Of a DNA stretch of 64,000 nucleotides, positions 46,473 through 54,276 are shown piece by piece. Under the pieces are notes generated by a model. That model did no database searches and was not told where the DNA came from. It saw only the letters and a list, made by a program, of their open reading frames with translations. Every line of letters starts with the position of its first letter. The stretch's first letter is position 1. Origin of the DNA: an uncultured Planctomycetia bacterium (GTDB taxonomy: Bacteria > Omnitrophota > Gorgyraeia > Tantalellales > Tantalellaceae); NCBI GenBank assembly GCA_964421015.1, contig CAYQUS010000004.1, positions 53,744 to 117,743 on the forward strand, written 5' to 3'. Both the position numbers and the translations under genes were made by a program.

Positions 46473-47669
46473 TTACTGCAATATTTCCGCCACTACTCCG
46501 GCGCCTACCGTATGTCCGCCTTCTCTTATGGCGAACCTCAGTTCCTTCTCTATGGCTACCGGCGTTATAAGCTCAACTTCGACCGTAACGTTGTCGCCCG
46601 GCATTACCATCTCCACTCCCTTAGCCAGCGTAACCACTCCGGTAACGTCCGTCGTCCTTATGTAGAACTGCGGCCTGTACCCGTTGAAGAAAGGCGTATG
46701 CCTTCCACCTTCTTCTTTGCTCAGTATGTACACCTCGGCCTTGAACTTGGTGTGCGGTGTTATAGACCCCGGAGCGGCAAGTACCTGTCCCCTCTCAAGA
46801 TTGTTCTTGTCTATACCCCTCAAAAGCACTCCAACGTTGTCTCCGGCCTGACCCTCGTCAAGCAGCTTACGGAACATCTCTATTCCCGTAACCGTGCTCT
46901 TCTTCGTGTCCCCAAGTCCCACTATCTCCACTTCTTCCCCGACCTTTACCTTACCTCTCTCTATCCTGCCCGTACCGACCGTTCCTCTTCCGGTTATGCT
47001 GAACACGTCCTCTATCGGCATAAGAAAAGGCTTGTCAACGTCTCTCACCGGCGTGGGTATGAAATTGTCGCAGGCGTCCATAAGCTCGTCTATGAACTTG
47101 CAGTCCGGGCTATTGAGCGCTCCCTCCGCCTGAAGGGCCTTAAGCGCGCTGCCCTTGATTATCGGGGTCGTGTCGCCAGGAAAATTGTACTTCGTCAAAA
47201 GCTCTCTTATCTCAAGCTCAACAAGGTCAAGAAGCTCGGGATCGTCAACCATGTCCACCTTGTTCATGCATACCACTATCGCGGGCACGTTTACCTGCCT
47301 GGCCAGAAGTATGTGCTCTCTCGTCTGCGGCATCGGGCCGTCAGCCGCCGAAACTACAAGTATCGCCCCGTCCATCTGCGCCGCGCCCGTTATCATGTTC
47401 TTGATGTAGTCGGCGTGACCGGGACAGTCTATGTGCGCGTAATGCCTGGCGTTCGTCATGTACTCAACGTGCGCCACGGCTATGGTAATTCCTCTTTCCT
47501 TTTCCTCGGGAGCCTTGTCTATGGTGTCAAAAGCCCTCTTCTCGGCCATGCCTTTATTCGCCAGGTACAACGTTATCGCGGACGTAAGCGAAGTCTTGCC
47601 GTGGTCTACGTGACCTATCGTGCCTATGTTAAGATGCGGCTTTGTTCGTTCGAATTTTTCCTTGGCCAT
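46473..47669 (-). CDS. tuf: Elongation factor Tu, second copy, in a tRNA-Thr-tuf-rpmG-tRNA-Trp-secE-nusG context
   Basis: The 398-aa protein string is identical to the 30792..31988 copy. Nucleotide identity runs from the stop codon to about 10 nt upstream of the ATG and then stops. Confidence 0.95.
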   Translation of the reverse strand: MAKEKFERTKPHLNIGTIGHVDHGKTSLTSAITLYLANKGMAEKRAFDTIDKAPEEKERGITIAVAHVEYMTNARHYAHIDCPGHADYIKNMITGAAQMDGAILVVSAADGPMPQTREHILLARQVNVPAIVVCMNKVDMVDDPELLDLVELEIRELLTKYNFPGDTTPIIKGSALKALQAEGALNSPDCKFIDELMDACDNFIPTPVRDVDKPFLMPIEDVFSITGRGTVGTGRIERGKVKVGEEVEIVGLGDTKKSTVTGIEMFRKLLDEGQAGDNVGVLLRGIDKNNLERGQVLAAPGSITPHTKFKAEVYILSKEEGGRHTPFFNGYRPQFYIRTTDVTGVVTLAKGVEMVMPGDNVTVEVELITPVAIEKELRFAIREGGHTVGAGVVAEILQ

Positions 47670-47779
47670 GAGTCCTCCTTCAGACTTGGTTTTTCCCGAC
47701 CGTGCCTCATCCGTGGCACCGGCATTTTTCAGCTATTTTTTCCCGCGCTCCGTTGCGTTTACGGCGCGCGCTAAATTCC

Positions 47780-47855
47780 TGGAGCCCTCGGCCGGAATTG
47801 AACCGGCGACCCCATCCTTACCATGGATGTGCTCTACCGGCTGAGCTACAAGGGC
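47780..47855 (-). tRNA. tRNA-Thr (anticodon GGT)
   Basis: Minus strand GCCCTTG-TA-GCTC-AGCCGGTA-GAGC...CATCC-ATGGTAA-GGATG...GCCGG-TTCAATT-CCGGC-CGAGGGC-T-CCA. 76 nt. Confidence 0.85.
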
Positions 47856-47983
47856 GCGCTTTTTCCACCGTTTCTTTTCCTCTATATCTTATCGGCTAAA
47901 GCTCAAAACCACACCATATGCTCGGCTTTAACGCCGGCACTGCATGTGCGGTATATGTATATTTTCGCCTAACCGAGATGTCG

Positions 47984-48011
47984 GAGTTAAGATTTTACCA
48001 AATAAGTCTTT
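47984..48011 (-). promoter_or_regulatory. Candidate sigma-70 promoter of the tRNA-Thr-tuf operon
   Basis: Minus strand: TTGACA (48011..48006), 16-nt spacer, TAAAAT (47989..47984). An AT-rich tract lies upstream. Confidence 0.45.
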
Positions 48012-48103
48012 TTTGTCAAGCCATATTTGCCATTTTTTTATTTTCTATTGTTTTTCACCCCGAACCGCCGCCACGGAAAGTTTTTTTTAGAAAATAACGG
48101 CAC

Positions 48104-48132
48104 TTTACTCCGAAGAGTTCATCGGATATACT
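48104..48132 (+). promoter_or_regulatory. Candidate promoter of the plus-strand small-protein operon
   Basis: TTTACT, 17-nt spacer, TATACT. It ends 8 nt before the ATG, so the transcript would be nearly leaderless. Confidence 0.3.
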
Positions 48133-48139
48133 TAATGCT

Positions 48140-48535
48140 ATGAAAAAACCGCCTTCTATGAGCTCTGCCTTAACAATGTGGACATTTTTCAGCCTCGGCA
48201 TACTTTCGTCGCTGGCCTTCCGTGTTCTCATAGTCTTCCACCACATCGATCCCGGAATGGTCCGCCCTGTGTGGTACGCCGGGGTCGCGGGCTATACTTT
48301 CTTTTTTTTCTACAGGTACGGCATATCGAAAAAACGTAAAAAAGCTGTTACGGATTTTGGCCTGCTTGAAAAAATATCCTCGGGGGAGTGCCTTTCGGGA
48401 GACGACAGAAAAGCCGCGGAGTATCTTTTTAGATCAATAACCAAGTCAAAAGAGGATATCAACTACCTTGTTATTTTTATTCTGTCGATAGTGGCAGTGG
48501 GCATAGACCTGGCCCTTAAAGCCGCGGGGAGATAG
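48140..48535 (+). CDS. Small integral membrane protein (3 predicted TM helices), unknown function
   Basis: 131 aa with hydrophobic segments at about 13-33, 43-60 and 108-128. First gene of a tightly spaced 4-gene plus-strand cluster. Confidence 0.55.
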   Translation: MKKPPSMSSALTMWTFFSLGILSSLAFRVLIVFHHIDPGMVRPVWYAGVAGYTFFFFYRYGISKKRKKAVTDFGLLEKISSGECLSGDDRKAAEYLFRSITKSKEDINYLVIFILSIVAVGIDLALKAAGR

Positions 48536-48538
48536 GCT

Positions 48539-49015
48539 ATGAGAAAACTGCCTGCCTTTGTCATATTAGCGCTGTGCCTGTCATCATGGGCCTATCCCGA
48601 AGCGGTTCACGCTCAACCTCTTTCGTCACGCCCCTCCGCTCCGGTCGTCGACCCCTCAGATCCGATGGATGCCGTACGGGAGAAGGTAGCCGACCAGATC
48701 TATCTTTATCGGGAGGTAATGCAGCACATATCTGATATCTCTGAAAGTTTCAGTTACGGGTACAATACCCCCGACGAAGCTCTCAAAAGGGTCCTTGTTC
48801 TGAGGCACGCCTACAACACCAAATCCGAGCCGCTTTGCCCCGAGATAAAGCGGTTCAATGACCTAATGAACCAGATGTTCTCGCGGCTCGAGAACTATTT
48901 CATCCATTTTAAGCAGATATACCGGGAGGATCCTTACCTGAACGCGAAACTTGCCGAGACAAAATTCTACACCGCCGAGGAAGCCGAAAGGCTTGAATAT
49001 ACTTACCTTAAATAG
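48539..49015 (+). CDS. Secreted protein of unknown function (signal peptide MRKLPAFVILALCLSSWAYPEAVHA)
   Basis: 158 aa. Starts 4 nt after the upstream gene. No recognisable motif. Confidence 0.5.
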   Translation: MRKLPAFVILALCLSSWAYPEAVHAQPLSSRPSAPVVDPSDPMDAVREKVADQIYLYREVMQHISDISESFSYGYNTPDEALKRVLVLRHAYNTKSEPLCPEIKRFNDLMNQMFSRLENYFIHFKQIYREDPYLNAKLAETKFYTAEEAERLEYTYLK

Positions 49016-49023
49016 GAGAAAAA

Positions 49024-49140
49024 ATGAAACTTTCATCGTCTCAGATAATTTCTTTGGCTGTCCTGGTGGCAATTACGATGATCGTGGTGTATATTCTTAG
49101 ACAGGAAATATCCGACATGCTTTTTCTCGGGGGGAAATAA
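49024..49140 (+). CDS. 38-aa single-TM peptide
   Basis: Hand-translated MKLSSSQIISLAVLVAITMIVVYILRQEISDMLFLGGK. Its stop overlaps the next start (TAACATG). Confidence 0.35.
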   Translation: MKLSSSQIISLAVLVAITMIVVYILRQEISDMLFLGGK

Positions 49141-49141
49141 C

Positions 49142-49465
49142 ATGACACTTGTATCGACCAAAACAAAATGCCGAATGATCGCAGCGGCAACTTTATCCTT
49201 TTCCCTATTCGCGTCCCCTTGTCCCGCCGACCCCATGGACAATCTTAGCAGAACAAGCATAGACCAGGCGACGCGTGAAGTCGACAAAGAGGTGATCCCG
49301 GAAAACTTTCAATGGGTGGTCCGCAAAAAGGCGGACATAAGAAAAGAAGACGGCCAGCTCATAGAGGATCCCGATAAAGACCTGGAAGGTTTTCCTCTCG
49401 AAGAAACCGCCGACGACTTCCCCCCATGCGCCCCGTGCTCCATCAAACCGCAAAAGAGCCGTTAA
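49142..49465 (+). CDS. Small secreted protein of unknown function (signal peptide; acidic; C-terminal PPCAPC)
   Basis: 107 aa. Last gene of the plus-strand cluster. Confidence 0.45.
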   Translation: MTLVSTKTKCRMIAAATLSFSLFASPCPADPMDNLSRTSIDQATREVDKEVIPENFQWVVRKKADIRKEDGQLIEDPDKDLEGFPLEETADDFPPCAPCSIKPQKSR

Positions 49466-49512
49466 CATTTACCGGCTACAAGCGGCGCGGATACTTTTTT
49501 TCAGCAAATCAA

Positions 49513-49541
49513 TTGACAAGAATTCAGAAAGAGTATATCAT
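49513..49541 (+). promoter_or_regulatory. Candidate promoter of tRNA-Gly
   Basis: TTGACA, 17-nt spacer, TATCAT. Located about 20 nt upstream of the tRNA 5' end. Confidence 0.45.
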
Positions 49542-49560
49542 TTTCCTTCGTGGCACAAGG

Positions 49561-49634
49561 GCGAGCGTAGCACAATGGTAGTGCAGAAGCCTTCCAAGCT
49601 TCCTACGTGGGTTCGATTCCCATCGCTCGCTCCA
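49561..49634 (+). tRNA. tRNA-Gly (anticodon TCC)
   Basis: GCGAGCG-TA-GCAC-AATGGTA-GTGC-A-GAAGC-CTTCCAA-GCTTC...GTGGG-TTCGATT-CCCAT-CGCTCGC-T-CCA. Confidence 0.85.
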
Positions 49635-49649
49635 TCTTTCCCGCGCTCC

Positions 49650-50108
49650 CTACTCCGCGTCTTGGCGATACTCAGATATAGGACTGCCTTCCGCTCCGGC
49701 ATAAAAAACAACTATTTCCGCCGGCTTATCGCCCTCGTTATAGCCGTAATGCCATGTATCTACCACCTCGACTATGGCCTCTCCTTCTTTTAGATGAAGA
49801 ATGTCCCCACGCTCGGTAACAACAGTAAGCTCTCCGCTCACCATGTATCCCGCGTTCATAACAGGATGCAAGTGCGTCGGAAGCTTTACCCCGGGAGGTA
49901 TTTTTATATCAAGAACGGTAATTTCGCTCTGCCCTTGAGGGTACCCTGGAAGAATGTTACCGTCCCATGAATTTGAAGTTTTAGCCAGTACTCGGGTTTC
50001 AATCGCCGTCTTTTCCGCTACCGCCTCTTCTCCACATGCCCCGGAATGTATCAAAAAAGCGAAACCCCATACAAATACACATCTTGCGATCTTCCTATAG
50101 GTTAACAC
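49650..50108 (-). CDS. Periplasmic cupin-domain protein
   Basis: Signal peptide, then a cupin_2 barrel with metal-site histidines (PTHLHP...H). Confidence 0.65.
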   Translation of the reverse strand: MLTYRKIARCVFVWGFAFLIHSGACGEEAVAEKTAIETRVLAKTSNSWDGNILPGYPQGQSEITVLDIKIPPGVKLPTHLHPVMNAGYMVSGELTVVTERGDILHLKEGEAIVEVVDTWHYGYNEGDKPAEIVVFYAGAEGSPISEYRQDAE

Positions 50109-50136
50109 TTATCCCCCTCTGCCCGGAAGTTATAAA

Positions 50137-50469
50137 CTATTTCTTATCGGTGCCCATAAGGGCTCCGCGTCTTTCCTCTCTCCTCTCTTGCCTTCTTTCT
50201 ATGCCGGCTTCTACTATGCCGGTGGCTTCCTTACCCACTTCTGATACGGCGGAAACAGCCGGTAGAGATGCTTTTTCGGAAGAAGCCGCGGTTTCCTGTA
50301 CAGCCGGGGTTTCTGTAACGATAGGGGCAGATCCCTCGGTAACAGCCGGAGCTTGAACGGAAACTTGCGTTTCATTGGCCTGCTGATCTACATTCTCTGG
50401 CTCTTCCGCGGCGAACGCCATACTGGAAACGAAAACTAATGCCATCACCATACTAATAATTTTTTTCAT
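50137..50469 (-). CDS. Small secreted low-complexity (Ala/Glu/Val/Thr-rich) protein with an Arg/Glu-rich C-terminus
   Basis: 110 aa; signal peptide MKKIISMVMALVFVSSMAFA. Confidence 0.45.
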   Translation of the reverse strand: MKKIISMVMALVFVSSMAFAAEEPENVDQQANETQVSVQAPAVTEGSAPIVTETPAVQETAASSEKASLPAVSAVSEVGKEATGIVEAGIERRQERREERRGALMGTDKK

Positions 50470-50730
50470 ACTGTCCCTCCTCCGGTCTGTTCTTCAGACT
50501 TTTTAATAAAGGTTTTCACCACCGGGGCGGTAAAAAAACATTCTCCCGGTGAACCATAAACCCGTTTATTATAACTCCGGGCTTCAAGATTGTAAACTTA
50601 ATGCCGTATCAACATATTACGTCTTTTTACGATACGCCCGGTCACCGGATCTGAGGAAATACGCTCTAAATTTTCCAGGGGTTACGCAAAGCCGAACATA
50701 AAAAAACTTCGCGGGCTTTCGCCTCGGCTT

Positions 50731-51522
50731 CTACTCCGCTATCTCGATGCAGTTAATAAGGAAGGTCCTGAGCTCCTGACGGAGATGACAGAAAGAATAA
50801 ACATAATCGCCTTTTATGCTCAGGGGGGTGATAGTCCTTTCCGTGATCTTTTCTTTCCACGAAGACCTGTACCTGATCTTTACGGGATCCTGTGTCTTTA
50901 TGGCTCGGTTCAATACCGTTAGCACATTCCCGCCGGCGGCAGCCGGGCCGGCCGTCTGCGTATAGGTCCTGGCTATATCCTCAACGTTCTCTATACCTCG
51001 TTCTTTCAGGACCTCTAAGGCCTTATTAAAAACTCTCCAGGTGGATATTACATCTGCCAGTGCCCTGTGCTGGAGTTCCGCCTTGATATCGAAATATGAA
51101 ACCACATTACCAAGACTATAACCGCCCGGAACGGTGAAACAGCTCCTTGCCAGCTCAAGAACGTCTATAACAAGATAATCGTTAAGTTCGGTCCTTTTAG
51201 GCCCCAGGGCCGCGGCCAGAAAACTTATGTCGAACCTGGCGTTATACGCTAGAAGAACTGAACCCCTTATGAATTCCATAAACCCGGGCAATACTTGGTC
51301 TATTACTGGCCTGCCTTTAAGCATGTCAGAAGATATCCTGTTCACTCTGTAAGCGCCTGGTGAAACGGGCCTTAAAGGGTCCACAAGCTCCTCAAAAACG
51401 CTCTCTTTACCGTCAGGCTCGCGGCGCATTGCCCCGATCTCGCATATAGCGTCACCTGAACCGGCAAAAAGCCCGGTAGTTTCAAAGTCGAAAACCGTAT
51501 ATGTAGCTTCACTTAAATTCAT
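50731..51522 (-). CDS. DnaQ-like (DEDDh) 3'-5' exonuclease fused to a C-terminal WYL-like domain
   Basis: Exo I motif FDFETTGL; Exo III H...D motif (QHRALADV). C-terminal about 70 aa is VKIRYRSSWKEKITERTITPLSIKGDYVYSFCHLRQELRTFLINCIEI, which matches the WYL-domain pattern. Confidence 0.7.
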   Translation of the reverse strand: MNLSEATYTVFDFETTGLFAGSGDAICEIGAMRREPDGKESVFEELVDPLRPVSPGAYRVNRISSDMLKGRPVIDQVLPGFMEFIRGSVLLAYNARFDISFLAAALGPKRTELNDYLVIDVLELARSCFTVPGGYSLGNVVSYFDIKAELQHRALADVISTWRVFNKALEVLKERGIENVEDIARTYTQTAGPAAAGGNVLTVLNRAIKTQDPVKIRYRSSWKEKITERTITPLSIKGDYVYSFCHLRQELRTFLINCIEIAE

Positions 51523-51579
51523 AGTGTTGTGTTCGGGGTATTGAGTATCGAGGATGCTCCTATCGGCCCCGGCGCCATT

Positions 51580-52386
51580 TTATCCCGATACTTTATAAGT
51601 GATACCCTCGCGACTTCCCTCTGCCGGGTATTTATTTATCTCCTCTTTGGCCGCGGCTATCCTTTCGTACAGATACGGATGGCTGCGGAGAAAATACACC
51701 CATTTCGCATCCCCTCCAAGCCGCTGTAATTTCTCGAGGAATGTAACTATGGCGTTCGGGTCATATCCCGCCTGATACATGTACTTTATGGAAAGCCTGT
51801 CAGCCGCGTATTCGTCCTGTCGCGAAAACCCGTTGGCCGCCAAAGTGTAAACAACGTTGGCCGCCTGCGAAAAATACTGCCATGCCTGGTCTTTTTTATC
51901 GGCGGGCCGCGTATCTAAAAGATATGCCAGGTTAAGGGCCATCTCGGCGCCGAGCCCTTTTTCCACCATTTTCATCACATGCCTTGCCTCATCATGGCCC
52001 ATCTCATGGGCTATAACCGCGGCAAGCTCGTCATCCGTAGCCGCGGCCAGAAGGCCCGTGGAAACCACTATGTAACCGCCTCCCGGAGTGAAGGCCTGTA
52101 TTTCCTTATCCTCGTAAACTATTATGTGTTTGTCGCGGATACGCGGAGAACCTATGGGAGAGGCCAGAGCGCGGGCCGTCTCAAGGGCCCGGGCATCCTT
52201 AACCAAGACTTTTCCCTGAAGTTTAGCTCTCAGGGTATTGATCGCGATGGAATCTTCCTGCTCTAGAGAAAGCCAGGCAGCCTCGTTTTTCTGAGTAGCA
52301 GGATTGTAATAGGTCGCGCAGCCCGAAAAGACCGCGCACATGAAAACCGCCAGAAAAAAATTTAAATACCTCAACGCCCTCATCAT
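51580..52386 (-). CDS. M48-family zinc metallopeptidase lipoprotein
   Basis: Lipobox FSGC; HEMGH zinc motif (AHEMGHDEARH). Confidence 0.75.
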   Translation of the reverse strand: MMRALRYLNFFLAVFMCAVFSGCATYYNPATQKNEAAWLSLEQEDSIAINTLRAKLQGKVLVKDARALETARALASPIGSPRIRDKHIIVYEDKEIQAFTPGGGYIVVSTGLLAAATDDELAAVIAHEMGHDEARHVMKMVEKGLGAEMALNLAYLLDTRPADKKDQAWQYFSQAANVVYTLAANGFSRQDEYAADRLSIKYMYQAGYDPNAIVTFLEKLQRLGGDAKWVYFLRSHPYLYERIAAAKEEINKYPAEGSREGITYKVSG

Positions 52387-52522
52387 AATTCACCATGCAT
52401 TCTCTGTCCGGGCTTTTTAAATCGCCGCGCTCATGCCCAACCTTTTCGTCTCAAAAAAATAAACGGTCCGGGGACGCCATACACCCGGGCCCCGGACCGT
52501 TCTACACACGAATAATTCCGGA

Positions 52523-53191
52523 TCAGAACGACCAGTTAGCAAGGACCATGAATTCCATAGGATCCTTGTTGCCGTTATAGTTACCCAGGCCTATTTGAAG
52601 GCCGTTCAGGTTGTTGGTGTAATTCACAAGCCCGAGCTGAAATCCCTTCATTTCGGCGGCGTAATTTACAAGCCCTCCCTGAAAACCCTTAAAAGTACCG
52701 TCGTTGAAATTTACGACGCCAAGCTGGGCGCCTACGGATTCTCCTTTGGAAACGTTAAGAACACCGCACTGCCCCCCGTGCAGAGTCCCTTCCGTCCAGT
52801 TCACAAGACCCCACTGTATGCCTGTGGTGTCACCGCCTACAATATTAGCCATGCCGTACTGAAGCCCCACAAAGCGCTGTTTAACGTAGTTTACCATTCC
52901 TATCTCTATACCGTAAGCGGATCCCTCAACCCAGTTACCAAGACCGAACTCTACTCCGCTCATGTCGCCGGTGGTCCTGTTGACACCGAACCACACAAGG
53001 CTTAGACCCGTAACGTCCTTGTTGACGGTGTAAAAAACGCTGAGCCTAAGCCCCTTTATTGACTGGTCCTCAGGCACGGTCTGTACAGGGTTGAAAAGCG
53101 CGAGCTGTAAAGGCTGTGCCTCCGTGGCAAAAGCCGTCCTGGCCATTGCCGAGATCAAAATAACTGCCGCCACAAAAAATTTTTTCATCAT
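52523..53191 (-). CDS. Secreted outer-membrane-type repeat protein: about ten tandem 15-residue repeats (consensus h-Q-x-G-h-V-N-aromatic-x-x-G-x-x-x-G) and a C-terminal Phe
   Basis: Signal peptide, then repeats such as IEIGMVNYVKQRFVG / LQYGMANIVGGDTTG / IQWGLVNWTEGTLHG / FQGGLVNYAAEMKG / FQLGLVNYTNNLNG. The protein ends ...LANWSF. Confidence 0.6.
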   Translation of the reverse strand: MMKKFFVAAVILISAMARTAFATEAQPLQLALFNPVQTVPEDQSIKGLRLSVFYTVNKDVTGLSLVWFGVNRTTGDMSGVEFGLGNWVEGSAYGIEIGMVNYVKQRFVGLQYGMANIVGGDTTGIQWGLVNWTEGTLHGGQCGVLNVSKGESVGAQLGVVNFNDGTFKGFQGGLVNYAAEMKGFQLGLVNYTNNLNGLQIGLGNYNGNKDPMEFMVLANWSF

Positions 53192-53297
53192 GTTTTTCTC
53201 TCCTCCTTTTAACCCCCGGTTTTATATTTTCCGATTTCCCTATTCAGATTCTACGCCTTAGGGAACATATTTTCAAACTTTATCTTTTTGAACGTCT

Positions 53298-53720
53298 CTA
53301 TTCCCCGATCACTTTTATCAAAACCCTTTTACGGCGCTGTCCGTCGAACTCTCCGTAAAATATCTGTTCCCACGGCCCCAGATCAAGTCTGCCGTTCGTG
53401 ACCGCTACCACCACTTCTCTTCCCATAACGGTCCTTTTAAGATGAGCGTCGGCGTTGTCCTCTCCGGTGAGGTTATGTTTATATTTGTCCACTCCGTAGG
53501 GCGCGAGTTTTTCAAGCCACACCAGAAAATCCTGATGCAGTCCGGACTCATTATCGTTGATAAAAACAGAACTTGTTATGTGCATGGAGTTAACAAGACA
53601 CATCCCTTCCTTAGCCCCGCACTTTTTTACGGCTGCCTCCACCTGTGGCGTTATATTAATAATGTCGTACCTTTTTTCGGTGTTTAACCATAGATAATCC
53701 GTATGAACTTTCATCGCCAT
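53298..53720 (-). CDS. YjbQ-family (UPF0047) secondary thiamine-phosphate synthase-like protein
   Basis: 140 aa matching the YjbQ fold motifs (DITP...[13 protein letters not shown]...HLKRTVMG). Confidence 0.7.
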   Translation of the reverse strand: MAMKVHTDYLWLNTEKRYDIINITPQVEAAVKKCGAKEGMCLVNSMHITSSVFINDNESGLHQDFLVWLEKLAPYGVDKYKHNLTGEDNADAHLKRTVMGREVVVAVTNGRLDLGPWEQIFYGEFDGQRRKRVLIKVIGE

Positions 53721-53827
53721 TCCTTTTTCTTTTTACCGGCCTTGAGTTTGAACGCCAGGCTCTCTTTTTTCTCTCTCTGAAGGCGCGATATGTCTTTCTG
53801 GCGCCGGGTTATTGTGTGTTTAGTCAT
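53711..53827 (-). CDS. Possible 38-aa highly basic peptide overlapping the yjbQ start (speculative)
   Basis: Hand-translated [43 protein letters not shown] sits 8 nt upstream. Its TGA overlaps the yjbQ ATGGCGATGA start region. Confidence 0.2.
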   Translation of the reverse strand: MTKHTITRRQKDISRLQREKKESLAFKLKAGKKKKEWR

Positions 53828-53838
53828 TCGCTCGCTCC

Positions 53839-54045
53839 TCACTTTAAAGGTTCAGGATCTTTGCACGCGGCCCAGACCAAAGCCGCCACCCATCCTATAA
53901 AAGTCCAGCCAAGGAGCAGGTTCAGTATAAAAATAGCCCCGGCATTACGTTTTCTTCGGCCGACTATGGCGGGCAGAAAATAAAAGAACAGGCTGAATAT
54001 GACCGCTAACGCGATGATAAGTACCGCGATCGTTCCTTCTTGCAT
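53839..54045 (-). CDS. Imm-type superinfection immunity family small membrane protein
   Basis: 68 aa; LPAIVGRRKRNAGAIFILNLLLGWTFIGWVAALVWAA matches the conserved core of the T4 Imm-like (PF14373-type) family. Confidence 0.6.
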   Translation of the reverse strand: MQEGTIAVLIIALAVIFSLFFYFLPAIVGRRKRNAGAIFILNLLLGWTFIGWVAALVWAACKDPEPLK

Positions 54046-54242
54046 GTAAGCCTCCTTAAGTCAGGTTTTAACACACCCCAACTCTAATTATAAGTGGCAC
54101 GGTTTTGGGGGGAAGGTCCCCATCACAACCCTTAGGTCACGTTTTTGTAAACACTTGCATTATAGACTTTATCGACAAGGTTTTCAACAGCTTGGTGGCC
54201 AATTTACAGGGTAGATTTGGCCGACCGTGGGCATATAAGAAC

Positions 54243-54276
54243 AAAACCCAGGATCTCTCTGAGATCCTGGGTTTTG
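54243..54276 (-). terminator. Intrinsic terminator, potentially bidirectional, downstream of tRNA-Tyr
   Basis: AAAA-CCCAGGATCTC-tct-GAGATCCTGGG-TTTT: a perfect 11-bp stem with an A tract and a T tract on either side. Confidence 0.7.

Noticed and set aside
47670-47779. Possible additional tRNA between tRNA-Thr(GGT) and tuf copy 2
   Set aside because: There is no cloverleaf and only a short hairpin (GTGCC...GGCAC). It is more likely a processing or leader structure.
49466-49512. Possible terminator after the plus-strand four-gene operon
   Set aside because: A GC-rich segment is followed by CTTTTTTT, but no convincing stem could be paired by eye.
50470-50730. Possible terminator or sRNA downstream of the exonuclease gene
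   Set aside because: There is a GGCGAAAGCC mini-hairpin followed by a T run on the minus strand (about 50695..50730). The stem is too short and imperfect to call confidently.
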